Source: Candidatus Spongiisociaceae bacterium | GTDB taxonomy: Bacteria; Actinomycetota; Acidimicrobiia; Spongiisociales; Spongiisociaceae | Direction of reading: 5' to 3' | Length of the DNA: 64,000 bases | Assembly: GCA_965219685.1 (NCBI GenBank) | Contig: CBDCOH010000002.1 | Location: forward strand, 3,136,001 to 3,200,000 | Part shown: in pieces, positions 50,418 through 61,260 of the stretch | Numbering within the stretch: position 1 is the first letter of the stretch | Layout of the letters: the number at the start of each line of letters is the position of its first letter | Program-made: the position numbers and the translations under genes | Notes under the pieces: generated by a model | Told to the model about the DNA's origin: nothing | Databases searched by the model: none | Seen by the model: the letters and a program-made list of their open reading frames with translations, nothing else

Positions 50418-51755
50418 TCAGCCGGCCATGAGCCTCAGAGCCACCGCTTCGGCCAGCGTGCTCCGGTGGAGTTCTCCCAGGTCGAGGCTCTCGTTCGGTC
50501 CGTGGATGTGGCTGGCCGGGTCAGAGGCGCCGGTGAGCAGCAGATCCGCCTCCGGATAGGCCTCTGAGAAGGCCTGCACGAACGGGATCGATCCGCCCAC
50601 GCCCTTGTCGACAGGGTCCATGCCGTAGGCCTCCCGGAACCCGGCCCGGAAGGCGTCGTAGGCGGGCCCGGTGGTGTCCAGCGACACGGGATGGGCGATG
50701 GCGCCCGGTGACATGTCGACGCTCGCGCCCCAAGGTACCGACGCTCTCAGATGGGTCAGGAGAGCCTCCATCGCCCGATCCGGGTCATCCCCCGGGGCCA
50801 GGCGGAGCGAGACCTTGGCCCGGGCCGACGGCACCAGCTGGTTGATGGGCTGGGACACCGGAGGAGCATCGACGGCCAGTATCGAGACGGCGGGACCCAG
50901 CCACAGCCGCTCCGTTATCGAGCCCTCGCCGATCATCTCCACCCCAGCCAGGACCCCTGCCTGGGCGCGTGCTGACACCTCGTCGAGTTCGATGGGCGAA
51001 CACCCTCCCCGCGCCAATCCGGGCACCGCCACCCGGCCCCGGTCGTCGTGCAGCGTGGCCAGGGCGCGCACCAGCACCGACAGGGCATCCGGGAACACCC
51101 CGCCCCACATCCCCGAGTGGACGCCGGCCTCGAGCGTGCGAACCTCGATGACGCAGTCGACCAGGCCCCGGAGCGACGTGGTGAGGGCCGGGACCCCGAC
51201 ATTCCAGTTGCCGGCGTCGGCCACCACGATCGCATCCGCCGCCAGGAGATCCCGGTGGGCGGCCAGGAACCCCTCAAGGTGGACGGACCCTACTTCCTCC
51301 TCGCCCTCGAGGAGGACCTTGACCCCGACCGGCGGCTGCCCCTCGAAGGCGCGAACCGCGCCCGTATGGACAACGATCCCGGACTTGTCATCGGCGCTGC
51401 CCCGGCCGTACAGACGACCGGCGACCTCGACCGGTTCGAACGGCGGCGTCCTCCACAGTCCCTCCGGCCCGGGCGGCTGGACATCGTAGTGGGCATAGAG
51501 GAGAACGGTGGGCGCACCGGTCGATGGAGGTGGTATCTCCCCGTAGACGGCGGGATGGGCGTCGCCGACTTCGAGGAGTCGAACCTCCCGGAGTCCGGCC
51601 CGCTCCAGCTGGGCCGCCGAAACCATGGCGCAGCGGCGTACCGCGGCCGGGTCGAACCCGACCGCGCTCACCGAGTCGATCCGGACCAACTCCTCCAGGT
51701 CGGCCCGCATGACAGGCCGCAGGCCTTCTACTGCGGATGCGAGATCGTCGAACAT
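50418..51755 (-). CDS. M20 family dipeptidase
   Basis: LLYAHYDVQP, GRGSADDK, EGEEE, HSG, GGSIPF, HGPNES. Confidence 0.92.
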   Translation of the reverse strand: MFDDLASAVEGLRPVMRADLEELVRIDSVSAVGFDPAAVRRCAMVSAAQLERAGLREVRLLEVGDAHPAVYGEIPPPSTGAPTVLLYAHYDVQPPGPEGLWRTPPFEPVEVAGRLYGRGSADDKSGIVVHTGAVRAFEGQPPVGVKVLLEGEEEVGSVHLEGFLAAHRDLLAADAIVVADAGNWNVGVPALTTSLRGLVDCVIEVRTLEAGVHSGMWGGVFPDALSVLVRALATLHDDRGRVAVPGLARGGCSPIELDEVSARAQAGVLAGVEMIGEGSITERLWLGPAVSILAVDAPPVSQPINQLVPSARAKVSLRLAPGDDPDRAMEALLTHLRASVPWGASVDMSPGAIAHPVSLDTTGPAYDAFRAGFREAYGMDPVDKGVGGSIPFVQAFSEAYPEADLLLTGASDPASHIHGPNESLDLGELHRSTLAEAVALRLMAG

Positions 51756-51761
51756 CGCCTC

Positions 51762-52181
51762 TCAGACCGAGGCGGCCCGCCAGAGCCGGTGTGCCTCCGC
51801 TGCGAACATGACCGGGAGGACGGTGTCGACCACATGCCAGATGGTCCAGTTCTGGTTGTGCCCCCACGCCGCCTCGAACCAGTTGGGCACGAAGGCGAGC
51901 GCCAAGAGGACCGTCCCGTAGAACATGAGATTGGAGCGGAGCCACGGCCGCACGTCGGCCTGTCCATCGGCCCCGTGGCGTCGCTTCTCCCTGCATGTGG
52001 TCACCGCCATCAACATCAGGCCGGCAGCCATGAACCAATCGAGCACGTGCCACACGTCGAGCGCGGAGCCCAGGGTCTCGCCGGCGGAGTCGTAGGCATA
52101 GAGGGGGAACACCACGAACTGCACCGCCACCGCGACTGCGACCGATGCCAGGTAGAGGCTGATCAACCTGTGCACACCCAC
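51762..52181 (-). CDS. Hypothetical membrane protein
   Basis: Four hydrophobic helices; ends 6 bp upstream of the dipeptidase start. Confidence 0.7.
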   Translation of the reverse strand: MGVHRLISLYLASVAVAVAVQFVVFPLYAYDSAGETLGSALDVWHVLDWFMAAGLMLMAVTTCREKRRHGADGQADVRPWLRSNLMFYGTVLLALAFVPNWFEAAWGHNQNWTIWHVVDTVLPVMFAAEAHRLWRAASV

Positions 52182-52350
52182 TGCGAACTCCCTTCCCTAA
52201 TCGGCTGTCCAAGCGACCCGGATGACTGCTTCCGGTCGGATCAGTCGTCGTAGGGTACCTACCGGGGCGGCGGCCACCCTCGTCATGCTTCGGCCAGTCG
52301 TCGGCCGGCCGGTACACTGGCAACTCGTTCGGCACTCAGGAAGGTGAGTC

Positions 52351-53583
52351 GTGGACCAGATCCTGGAAGATTCGTTCACGCTGCCGGACACCGTGTTCCG
52401 CTTCGCGAGCCCCAGCCAGATCCTCTACGGCAGAGGTGCTGCGACCCGCTTCGCGGAGCCTTTCAGCCAACTGTTCGGTGAGCAGGTGAACGGCCCGGTG
52501 CTGGTCGTGACCGACGAGATCCTGATATCGGTGGGTATCACGGGACCGGTGATCGAGGCACTGGCTGGCATGGACCTGGATGTCGAGGTCTTCGCGCGCC
52601 GGCCCGAAGAGCCCACCGCGGAGGCGGTCAATGCCCTGGGTACCCAAACGGCGCGCCTCGACCCGGTGGGGATCGTCGCCATAGGGGGCGGGGCCACCAT
52701 GGACTCCGCCAAGAGCGCCCGCGTCCTGCACCAGTTCGGGGGAAGGATCGAGGATTACGAGGGGATCGGAACCGTTCCCGCACCTGCCACCATCCCGCTG
52801 GCCGCCATCGCCACGACATCGGGAACCGGATCGGAGACCGGGTACGCGGCGCTGTTCACCCATGAGGAGACGTTGACCAAGCGGTTCGTGGGATCACCCC
52901 ACATGGTCCCGGACCTGGCGGTGGTGGACCCGGACCTGACCGCCTCGGTTCCCTCGGCCACGACCGCCCATACCGGTATCGACGCCCTCGCCCAGGCGAT
53001 CGGACCCTTCCTGTCACCACTGCGGCATCCGATCACGGACGTGTTGGCCCGGGAAGCCGTCCGGCTCTTGGGCGGCAACCTTCTGGCCGCCTACCGGGAC
53101 GGTACCGACATGACCGCCCGGTCGGCAATGGCCTACGGCAGCCTGATGATGGGCCTCGCCATGAACAACGCCGAGTGCATCGGCGAACACTTCTTCGCCG
53201 AGATCGTCGGACCGCGCTACGCGATACCGCACGGGGTCTCCGTGGGGATGTTCCTCCCGTACATCCTCCAATTCAACCGGGATGTGTCGGCCGGGCGCCT
53301 GGCCGCGCTGGCGTCGCTCTTCGTCGAGGATCCCGCCGAAGACGACCAGGCTGCCATCGACCAGTTCGTCGGATTCACCAATGCCCTACTCGGTGAGTTG
53401 GAACTCCCCACCCTCAGAGACATCGGCGTCCGGTCCCGCCACCTCGATGAGCTCACGGACCACATCTACGGCCACATCGGGATAGAACTGGACCTCAACC
53501 CGCGGCCCATGAACCGGGACGACTGCGCCCGGATCCTCAGGGCCGCCTACGACGAGATACCCGCCCTCGAAATGGCGGTGTGA
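52351..53583 (+). CDS. Iron-containing alcohol dehydrogenase
   Basis: AIGGGATMDSAK, TTSGTGSE, VVDPDLT, TGIDAL, PHG. Confidence 0.9.
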   Translation: MDQILEDSFTLPDTVFRFASPSQILYGRGAATRFAEPFSQLFGEQVNGPVLVVTDEILISVGITGPVIEALAGMDLDVEVFARRPEEPTAEAVNALGTQTARLDPVGIVAIGGGATMDSAKSARVLHQFGGRIEDYEGIGTVPAPATIPLAAIATTSGTGSETGYAALFTHEETLTKRFVGSPHMVPDLAVVDPDLTASVPSATTAHTGIDALAQAIGPFLSPLRHPITDVLAREAVRLLGGNLLAAYRDGTDMTARSAMAYGSLMMGLAMNNAECIGEHFFAEIVGPRYAIPHGVSVGMFLPYILQFNRDVSAGRLAALASLFVEDPAEDDQAAIDQFVGFTNALLGELELPTLRDIGVRSRHLDELTDHIYGHIGIELDLNPRPMNRDDCARILRAAYDEIPALEMAV

Positions 53584-53982
53584 GCCGGGTCGACGCTCGA
53601 CTGCTGACCAGCGGAACCTCGCAGAGTTCCCGAACCGCTCAGCCCGAGGATAAGCCTGCCGGCCCGCTTGACGCACCGCGGCTGATGGAGTCCTTCATCG
53701 CGGGGGTTGTCCGTGTCACCGCCCCGTTGCATACTGGTCGGTAGCCGCAAACACCAACGGTCCGTCTCTCGGTGCCGGCCGGACCGGGGCGGGGATAGTC
53801 TTGTCGGAACCGAGCCCCGATGGGGAGGGTGGGACGCGTCCGGGATTCAAGGAGGTGGCGGTGGGGGTGGGCCCTCGGGAGGAGACCGCCGCCAGGTTTT
53901 TCGCGACCTCCGTGTTCTCGGACTTGCGGTCTGATGCTCCGCAGATTCCGAGCATCCATACCGAGCCACCGGAGTCGGACGG

Positions 53983-54774
53983 CTAGCCCCCTCCAGAAGC
54001 GTCAACCCGGAACAACGTCTGCCGTATCGCCGGGTTGGGCGGTCCCAACCTTCGGAGGGCTGCCCACATGGTGACCTGGTTGGCGGCCAGCACCGGCTTC
54101 CCGAGCTCCTCCTCGAGATCGGGGATCAGGTCCAAGGTGCGAAGGTTGGTACAGCTGAGGAACAGGGCTTGCGCTTCGGTGGTGTCCGCGCGCCGGGCCA
54201 GCATCCGGATGGTGGCGGCGGACGCTTCCTGGATGTCCCGGTCGAGGGCCAGGTAGGCGACTGACGGCACCTCCAGCCCCGCCTCCTCCAAGAAGGCCAC
54301 CAGTCCTGCCGCAAGGACCCGATCATGGGGGGTGGCTACCGCTAGCCGGGAGGCGCCGACCGCTGCGGCCGCCTCCAACAGCGCCCCGCTGGTCGTCACG
54401 GCATCCGATCCGGTTGCCGTCGAGATCGTCTCCCGGAGCGAACGCTCCCCCTCCACACCCCTCATGTAGCTGCCCGTCGTGCACCCGTACACAGTCACCT
54501 CCGGGCGGGCGGCGGCGACAGCGGCGGCGGCTTCCCGCACTACCCGTTCCCCGCTGACCTCTTCGACCAGATCGGCGTCGATCAGACCTTCCCGTGCCGG
54601 TGTGCGGGTCACATGGAGGCGAACCCCGGCAGGGAGGTAGGCCCACAACTCGTCGTCGAGAGCGAAGTCGAACGGGACCACCACCCCGATGCCGTCCGGC
54701 CTCCGCTCTCGGGAGGCAGTGCCTTCCACACGGGCATAGGTGGTTCTGGACGGAGAGACTCGTACCATCGACAT
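53983..54774 (-). CDS. Maleate cis-trans isomerase / Asp-Glu racemase family protein
   Basis: GIGVVVPFDFALD, YGCTTGS, FLSCTNL, KPVLAANQVTMW; start uncertain. Confidence 0.85.
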   Translation of the reverse strand: MSMVRVSPSRTTYARVEGTASRERRPDGIGVVVPFDFALDDELWAYLPAGVRLHVTRTPAREGLIDADLVEEVSGERVVREAAAAVAAARPEVTVYGCTTGSYMRGVEGERSLRETISTATGSDAVTTSGALLEAAAAVGASRLAVATPHDRVLAAGLVAFLEEAGLEVPSVAYLALDRDIQEASAATIRMLARRADTTEAQALFLSCTNLRTLDLIPDLEEELGKPVLAANQVTMWAALRRLGPPNPAIRQTLFRVDASGGG

Positions 54775-54823
54775 ACGGATCGTAGATCGGTCCGAACCGA
54801 TCCACCGGCGGTACGCTTTCCTG

Positions 54824-55972
54824 ATGGTTAGCACAACCCGGTCCGCATCCCTTGTACCGGCTTTGGCCGCGTACGGAGCCCTGACCCTTACCTTCGACAT
54901 CGTCCCCCTTCTTGTTCCGTCGACCGTCGAGGGATACGGGGTGGCGCTGTCCTCGGGCGCATGGCTCTACGTGATGACCGACTTCGGATTCGGGATCGCG
55001 GCCTTCTGGTACGGGATACGGAGCATACGTCGGAGAAGGTTGCTACTGCTCGGTCTGGGAGGGGTGGCGCTTGCCAACCTCGCCGCGGCGGGAGCGCCCG
55101 ACTTCTTCACCCATCTGGCGGCCAGGACCCTCGCCGGATACGCCATGGGGACGATGGTGGCCGGCGCGATGGGGCTGGTGGTCGACGGCGCCAACATCCC
55201 CAGACGGGTGGGAACCCTCACCGCCGTGATGCCGGCCGCTTCCGTGCTGATGCCACTCGCCGGCTGGGTGACGGAAGCGTACGGCTGGCGCACAACCCTG
55301 GTGGGTCTCGCGGGTGTCGCCCTGGTGGCGCTGGTCATCGCTTCTCCGATGCCGGAGCAGCAGTCTCGGGAGGAGCGAATCAACCCGGCCCGCCTGTTCA
55401 ACCGCTCGGCAACCATCGGAATCGTCTCGGGGGTCTTCTGGGCTCTCGGGTCCATGGTTCCCTGGGTGTTCATCGGCGCACTTGCCGAGGGTCCCGTCGG
55501 CGGGGATGCCACCTTGAGCGGCGTCGCGCTCGCGGTGAGCGGTCTGGCGGGATTCGCCGCCGCGCTGGCAGCCGGCCGGCTCACCTTCCGCAACCGCACC
55601 ACAGGTCTCCAGTGGGGCTTCGCTGCCTGCGGGCTGTCGGTACTCTGGCTCGTGGCCACCCGGGATGTCACGAGCTTCCTGCTGTCCATAGCCGCATGGG
55701 CCTTCTCCCACTGGTTCGTGTTCGTCGTGTACCAGGGCCTGTTCTCCGAGTCGGTGGCTGTGGAGAGCCAGCGCGGGATACTTACCTTCGCAGCCCTGCC
55801 GCTCCAGGTCGGATACGGCCTCGGGGCGGTCGTGGCCTCCTTCGTCTTCCGGGCGTGGAGCTTTGCGGGTCTGGGCTGGGTATCCGCCGCCCTGATGGTG
55901 GTCTCGATGGCCGGTGCCTGGTGGGCGTGGAGGGACAGGATGTCGGCGGCTTCGGAGACCCGGAGCCGCTGA
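54824..55972 (+). CDS. MFS transporter
   Basis: 12-TM pattern, ARTLAG, YGWR. Confidence 0.75.
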   Translation: MVSTTRSASLVPALAAYGALTLTFDIVPLLVPSTVEGYGVALSSGAWLYVMTDFGFGIAAFWYGIRSIRRRRLLLLGLGGVALANLAAAGAPDFFTHLAARTLAGYAMGTMVAGAMGLVVDGANIPRRVGTLTAVMPAASVLMPLAGWVTEAYGWRTTLVGLAGVALVALVIASPMPEQQSREERINPARLFNRSATIGIVSGVFWALGSMVPWVFIGALAEGPVGGDATLSGVALAVSGLAGFAAALAAGRLTFRNRTTGLQWGFAACGLSVLWLVATRDVTSFLLSIAAWAFSHWFVFVVYQGLFSESVAVESQRGILTFAALPLQVGYGLGAVVASFVFRAWSFAGLGWVSAALMVVSMAGAWWAWRDRMSAASETRSR

Positions 55973-56209
55973 CCCGGGAAGCCGCCGACGAGCCGTTGGC
56001 CGGAACCCCTGCCAGGTCCGGCAAGGGTTTCGAGGCCCCGGGTGCCGGACAGGTCGACCGGTGTCCGCAACTGGAAGGAAACGCCGTCATCCTCCTCAGT
56101 CCGGCCACGCGAAGCTCGATGGTGTTAGCCTTCGACGGACGCCCTACCGTCCGGGCGTGGTCGCCGAATGGCCGGTAGGCGAGCTTTGCATAGCAGAGGA
56201 GGAGGCAAA

Positions 56210-57646
56210 GTGTCCGGACGCAGGCAGAACCCGGTTTCGGCAGGCTCACCGAGAGCATCCCAGATCTACCGAAGACTCTACACCCGCCGCCAGATTCTAA
56301 AGGCGGGCGCGTTGGGCACCGCCGGATTGATGGTGGGGGCCTGCGGGGACGACGAGGTTCCCGCGACCACCGCCGCACCCGCCACCACCGCCGCACCCGC
56401 CACCACCGCCGCGGCCGCGCGTCGCACCGTCCCGGTGTTGTTCGACTACGGCTACGCGGGCATTCCGGGGAGCATGGGCCAGTTCTGGGAGGAGGTCACG
56501 ACCCGGGCCGCCGCGGAGGGAATCGACGTCGAAGGAACCGAGGTCGCCCTCGAAGACCTGGCCATCCGGATCGAGGCGGCACATGCCGCCCAGGCCGGTC
56601 CCTCCATTGAGACCTTCTATGCCAACTACAGCACCTACGAGTTCCTCGAGCAGGGCGCCATCCAGCCGCTGGACCCGCTAGTGGGAGGGAACGCGGAGAT
56701 AGACCACTGGCTCTTCACCAGCCAGCGGTTCAACGGCATGCAGTACAACTCGCCCCTCTTGGCCGAGATCTCGATGCTGGTCGCCAACCGGGACATCTTC
56801 AACAGCGCGGGGGTTGACCTACCCGATCGCTTCGCATCGTGGGACGACATGATCTCGGCCCTCCAGAAGGTCAAGGCCGCCGGTGAAGTGCCGGTGATCA
56901 TCGGCTCGGCAGACGGGTTCAACTCGGAGAAGTGGGTGATGGCCTCGGAGATGGGGTTCCTGGACCGCACCACCGATCTGACCGAGTGGAATCTGGGCCT
57001 TCGCAGCATCGACGAGCCGCTGGCCTCGGGGTGGATAGACAACATCGCCCAGTTGAGGGCCGACCAGCTGATGAACGACGACGCGGACAAGATCACCGAG
57101 CACCAGGCCTTGGAGCGGTTCACCGCAGGCGAGGGCGCCATGATGATGCTCTATCCCGGGGCGGTGTTCGCTCTCGAGGAGGGGCAGTTCGACGTGGTCG
57201 GCTACTGGCAGGGCCCGGGAGCTGCATCCGCCCCGATGGCGGTGGCCGGGAGCGGGATGGTCGTCACCACCTTCGCCGAGGACGCCCAGGCCGCCGGTGA
57301 CCTCATCGCCTTCCTGCACCGTCCGGAGCAGTTGGCACTGTTCAACGAGGTGACATCGGAGCTTCCGTGCGATGACCGCTTCGACGCGAGCGGGCTCGGC
57401 ACGCTGGCATCGCGCACCTGGGGACTGATCACCGATCCCAACCTGCCGGAGCCGTTCTGGGTCCACGACTTCATGCACTACGACGTGATCTTCTCGATCA
57501 TCTACCCGCTCGGCCAGGAGGCCGTGGCGGGCACCCCGCCCGACGAACTTCGCCAGAAGTACAACGAGCAGATGGAGGCATGGCGCGAAGGCAACGAGGA
57601 AGCCATGGGCCGTGTGCAGGGGTTCTACGACGCGGCGACCGCCTAG
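56210..57646 (+). CDS. Carbohydrate-type ABC transporter substrate-binding lipoprotein (Tat signal)
   Basis: TRRQILK Tat motif, lipobox VGAC, PATTAA x3 linker, ANRDIFNSAGV...SWDDMI, FTAGEGAMM. Confidence 0.88.
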   Translation: MSGRRQNPVSAGSPRASQIYRRLYTRRQILKAGALGTAGLMVGACGDDEVPATTAAPATTAAPATTAAAARRTVPVLFDYGYAGIPGSMGQFWEEVTTRAAAEGIDVEGTEVALEDLAIRIEAAHAAQAGPSIETFYANYSTYEFLEQGAIQPLDPLVGGNAEIDHWLFTSQRFNGMQYNSPLLAEISMLVANRDIFNSAGVDLPDRFASWDDMISALQKVKAAGEVPVIIGSADGFNSEKWVMASEMGFLDRTTDLTEWNLGLRSIDEPLASGWIDNIAQLRADQLMNDDADKITEHQALERFTAGEGAMMMLYPGAVFALEEGQFDVVGYWQGPGAASAPMAVAGSGMVVTTFAEDAQAAGDLIAFLHRPEQLALFNEVTSELPCDDRFDASGLGTLASRTWGLITDPNLPEPFWVHDFMHYDVIFSIIYPLGQEAVAGTPPDELRQKYNEQMEAWREGNEEAMGRVQGFYDAATA

Positions 57647-57779
57647 TCGAACACCTTGTGGAGCTAGGGCCCGGAGGCGGGTCTCATCACCCGTCGCCGG
57701 GTCCGAGATCCCGAAGATAGGACTGTGATGAGTCCGGGATTCCCCCCGGCTTCGAGGGTCCGCGGGCGGTGGTAGCGGG

Positions 57780-58709
57780 ATGACGACTCGTGTCCGCACG
57801 CCCGTGCTCCCCCGACCTCGAAGGATCGGCGCCGGTCTGCGCCGATCGCTCCCCGTGCTGGGATGGCTACTGCCAGCGCTGGTGGTGATCGCGTTCGTGA
57901 TCGGCTATCCGGTGATCCAGGTCATCATCGACAGCTTCACCAGCAAGACCAGGTTCGACCCCGGCGAGTTCGTCGCTCTCGACAACTTCGCGGAGTTGAT
58001 GACCGGAGGCGACCAGGACCTCTTCTGGTTGTCCTTCCGCAACAACCTGGTGCTGTTGGTCAGCATACCTGCGACCATACTGGTCGGGCTGGTCGTGTCC
58101 TCCATCCTGTACCGCGGGATCAGGGGGTCGAGGCTGTACGAGGTGTTCATATTCCTGCCCTTCCTCCCGGCGGTGGCGGCCATCTCGGTGATCTTCATCT
58201 ACCTGCTGGGTTGGGAGGGACCGCTCAACGAGACGATCCGGGCGCTCAGCCTCGAACCCCTGGCCCAGGCCTGGCTGACCGATCCGGGGCTGGCCATCTG
58301 GTCGATACTCGGGGTCGTCACCTGGAAGCGCCTCGGTTTCGTGGTGCTGCTCTTCATGGCCCGGATGCTCAGCATCGACCCCGACCTCCTCGATGCCGCA
58401 GCCGTGGACGGTGCAACCTGGTCACAGACGGTTCGCCACGTGGTGGTGCCGGAGATGAGGGCGATCATCCGGTTCGTCGGGATCCTCGGATTCATCGAGG
58501 TCTTCTCCTTCACCTTCGCCTACGTTTTCGTGCTGACCCGAGGCGGCCCGTTCAAGAACACCTACACGCTGGAGTACCTGCTCTTCAGCATCATGTTCCG
58601 GCGGAAGTTGGTGGGTCTGGCTTCGGCGGTGGCGGTGCTGCTACTGCTACTCGCCGTAGCAGTAGCGGTCTATCAGATGCGCCGCGCCCGGGCGAGGGTT
58701 GCGACATGA
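57780..58709 (+). CDS. Carbohydrate ABC transporter permease
   Basis: EAA-loop variant DLLDAAAVDGA; YVFVLTRGGP. Confidence 0.9.
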   Translation: MTTRVRTPVLPRPRRIGAGLRRSLPVLGWLLPALVVIAFVIGYPVIQVIIDSFTSKTRFDPGEFVALDNFAELMTGGDQDLFWLSFRNNLVLLVSIPATILVGLVVSSILYRGIRGSRLYEVFIFLPFLPAVAAISVIFIYLLGWEGPLNETIRALSLEPLAQAWLTDPGLAIWSILGVVTWKRLGFVVLLFMARMLSIDPDLLDAAAVDGATWSQTVRHVVVPEMRAIIRFVGILGFIEVFSFTFAYVFVLTRGGPFKNTYTLEYLLFSIMFRRKLVGLASAVAVLLLLLAVAVAVYQMRRARARVAT

Positions 58710-59611
58710 TGTCCCTCCTCCGACCCGGACGGCGGGCAGGACCGGCCGGAGATCGGTCCCGGAGTGCTCGGCGTCACGTCTGGAAGGAAAGCGGGCTGAT
58801 CAGGGTCGTCCAGCAGGTGTTGATCCTGCTGGTCGTCTTCGTGTCGCTCGCCCCGCTCTACACGGCAGTCACCACGTCCTTCACGCCGCAGGGAGAGTTG
58901 AGCGGCGGCGGCATCATGCCTCCCCGGAACCCGACCTTCGAGAACTACCGGGTGGCCTGGAGCGACCTCGGCTTCCAAGGCATGTTCTCCAACAGCACGA
59001 TCCTGGCGGTCGCGGCCGCGCTGGGCACCACCCTCCTGGGTGCGGCCGGCGCTTTCGCGCTGGTCAGGTTCCGCTTCAAGGGCCGGAGGGTTCTGCTGGT
59101 GGCCATAATCGGCGCCATCGCCGTACCGCCCATCGTGATCATCATCCCGCTGTTCCTGACGATGAGCGACCTCGGATGGGTCAACACCTATCACTCCGCC
59201 ATCATCGCCGAGATCGGGCTGCTGCTGCCGTTCGCCATCTTCCTGCTGTACAGCTTCATGAGGGACCTTCCGGAGGATCTCTTCGACGCGGCTGCTCTGG
59301 ACGGCGCCGGTTCGATCGGCCAGTTCTGGCACGTGGCCCTGCCGCTCTCACGTTCTGCCCTGGTGACCACCGCCATCGTCTCGGGCGTCTTCGCCTGGAA
59401 CGAGTTGCTGGTACCCATGATCCTCTGGCAGGAGGGCAAGTTCGAGACCCTGATGATGGGCCTGGCCACCCTGGGTCCGGGACGGACGGGGGTCCGGTTC
59501 GTCCCCCTCCTCATGGCAGGCGTCACCATCACGATCGTCCCGCTCGTCCTCCTGTTCGTCGTGGGGCGGCGCGCCCTGATCAGGGGCCTCACGGAGGGAG
59601 CCCTCAAGTGA
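58706..59611 (+). CDS. Carbohydrate ABC transporter permease
   Basis: PTFENY, LPEDLFDAAALDGA, AWNE; ATGA overlap. Confidence 0.9.
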   Translation: MMSLLRPGRRAGPAGDRSRSARRHVWKESGLIRVVQQVLILLVVFVSLAPLYTAVTTSFTPQGELSGGGIMPPRNPTFENYRVAWSDLGFQGMFSNSTILAVAAALGTTLLGAAGAFALVRFRFKGRRVLLVAIIGAIAVPPIVIIIPLFLTMSDLGWVNTYHSAIIAEIGLLLPFAIFLLYSFMRDLPEDLFDAAALDGAGSIGQFWHVALPLSRSALVTTAIVSGVFAWNELLVPMILWQEGKFETLMMGLATLGPGRTGVRFVPLLMAGVTITIVPLVLLFVVGRRALIRGLTEGALK

Positions 59612-60375
59612 GCCGGGGCGTCATCGTCACCGGGGGCAGCACCGGCATCGGCCTCGCGGTGGCCCGCCGCTTCGCCCGGTCCGGGGACCGCGTGATGATC
59701 ACCGCCCGGTCCGCCGACGCCCTCGACACGGCCCGGTCTGCGCTGGCGGCCGAAGCACTCGAGGTGGTGACGGCCCCGGGGAGCGTCGCGGACCTCCAGG
59801 ATGTGCGCCGTGTTCTGGACGAGGCGATGGAGCGGCTCGGCTCGGTCGACGTGGTGGTCAACAACGCCGGCATCTGCCACGAGGCGGCGGTGGTCGACAC
59901 CGACGACGAGACATGGTATGCGCTGGTGGCGACCAACGTATCGGGGGTGTTCCTGATGAGCAGGGAGGCGGCCAAGGTCATGATCGAGCAGGGCACCGGC
60001 GGTGTCATCATCAACACCTCGTCGGTCAACTCGACGATGGTCGAGCCGCTCTACGTCCCCTACAGCGCCACCAAGGCAGCCGTCGACGCGTTCACGAAGG
60101 GCATGGCCCTGGAGTTGGCCCCTTTCGGAATACGCGTGGTGGGTGTGCGGCCCGGCTACATCGAGACGCCGATGATCGGCAAGGTCCTGCAGGATCCGGC
60201 CGGCGCCGACGAGTGGCGGGAGGCCGTATCCGGGGTGGTGCCATTGGGCCGCATGGCCTATCCCGAGGAGTTGGCCGGGACCTACCTGTTCCTGGCTTCG
60301 GACGACGCCTCCTACATCACCGGCACCAACGTCGTTGTCGATGGGGGTCGCGTAGCGTCTCCGGGCGCCACGTGA
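59608..60375 (+). CDS. SDR family NAD(P)-dependent oxidoreductase
   Basis: TGGSTGIG, NNAG, YSATK, PG, YITG. Confidence 0.92.
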   Translation: MSRGVIVTGGSTGIGLAVARRFARSGDRVMITARSADALDTARSALAAEALEVVTAPGSVADLQDVRRVLDEAMERLGSVDVVVNNAGICHEAAVVDTDDETWYALVATNVSGVFLMSREAAKVMIEQGTGGVIINTSSVNSTMVEPLYVPYSATKAAVDAFTKGMALELAPFGIRVVGVRPGYIETPMIGKVLQDPAGADEWREAVSGVVPLGRMAYPEELAGTYLFLASDDASYITGTNVVVDGGRVASPGAT

Positions 60376-60385
60376 CGAGCGGCCC

Positions 60386-61174
60386 GTGACAGGACCCGCA
60401 GAGACCCTCGACGGCCGGACCGCGCTGGTCACGGGCGGAGGATCCGGAATCGGTCGGGGGATCAGCGAGGAACTGGCCCGAGCCGGCGCCCTCGTGCTGG
60501 TGGTGGACATGCGGGCGGGGAGCGCCTCAGACACCGCCACTTCGTTGGTTCGCAGGGGTCTCGCGGCTCGGCCGATCACGTTGGACGTGACCGACTCCGC
60601 AGCCATCGGCGAGGTCCGATCGATGCTCGAGGCCGAGGACTCCATGCCCGACGTGCTGGTGAACAACGCGGCGATCTTCGAGATGGGCGCCCTGGAGGAC
60701 ATCGATCCCTCTTCGTGGGACCGGATGATCGAGGTGAACCTCAAGGGCCCGTTCCTGATGATGCAGGCCTTCATCCCCTGCATGGTCGACCGTGGGTGGG
60801 GGCGGGTGATCTCCATCTCCTCGACGGCGGGCAAGACCGGTGAGGCATACGCTTCCCACTACTGCGCTGCCAAGCGGGGCCTGATCGCACTCAGCCAGTC
60901 CGCTGCCGCCGAGGTCGCGCCCGTCACCGTGAACTGCATCTGCCCCGGGTTCGTGGAGACACCGATGACCCGTGTCGAGACCCGTTTCTGGCATTCCATG
61001 GATCCGTCGGTGAGCGAGCAGCAGGTCGTCGAAAGGATGCGCGATCAGATCCCCCTCGGCCGGATGGGCCGGCCAGAGGACATCGCCAGGGCGGTCAGGT
61101 GGATGAGCCTCCCGACCAACGACTACCTCACCGGACAGGCCGTGAACGTCGACGGGGGTCTCGACTTCCACTGA
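60386..61174 (+). CDS. SDR family NAD(P)-dependent oxidoreductase
   Basis: TGGGSGIG, NNAA, YCAAK, CPG, NVDGG. Confidence 0.92.
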   Translation: MTGPAETLDGRTALVTGGGSGIGRGISEELARAGALVLVVDMRAGSASDTATSLVRRGLAARPITLDVTDSAAIGEVRSMLEAEDSMPDVLVNNAAIFEMGALEDIDPSSWDRMIEVNLKGPFLMMQAFIPCMVDRGWGRVISISSTAGKTGEAYASHYCAAKRGLIALSQSAAAEVAPVTVNCICPGFVETPMTRVETRFWHSMDPSVSEQQVVERMRDQIPLGRMGRPEDIARAVRWMSLPTNDYLTGQAVNVDGGLDFH

Positions 61175-61260
61175 TCGTCGCTCGTTCGACGTCGATGCCC
61201 GCCACGACCCGTCGGAGCACCGGGACAGGCTACCTTTGGACCAGACGCGCAGGAGTGGCC

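Noticed and set aside
56360-56415. 18-bp tandem repeats
   Set aside because: They encode the in-frame PATTAA linker that is common in actinobacterial lipoproteins
57668-57678. gggcccggagg matches 11 bp of the tRNA-Lys 3' end (possible att site)
   Set aside because: Short and GC-rich, on the wrong side of the tRNA relative to the integrase, and part of an ordinary stem-loop after the binding-protein gene
56210-59611. ABC operon lacking an ATPase gene
   Set aside because: Normal for actinobacterial carbohydrate importers, which share an MsiK-type ATPase
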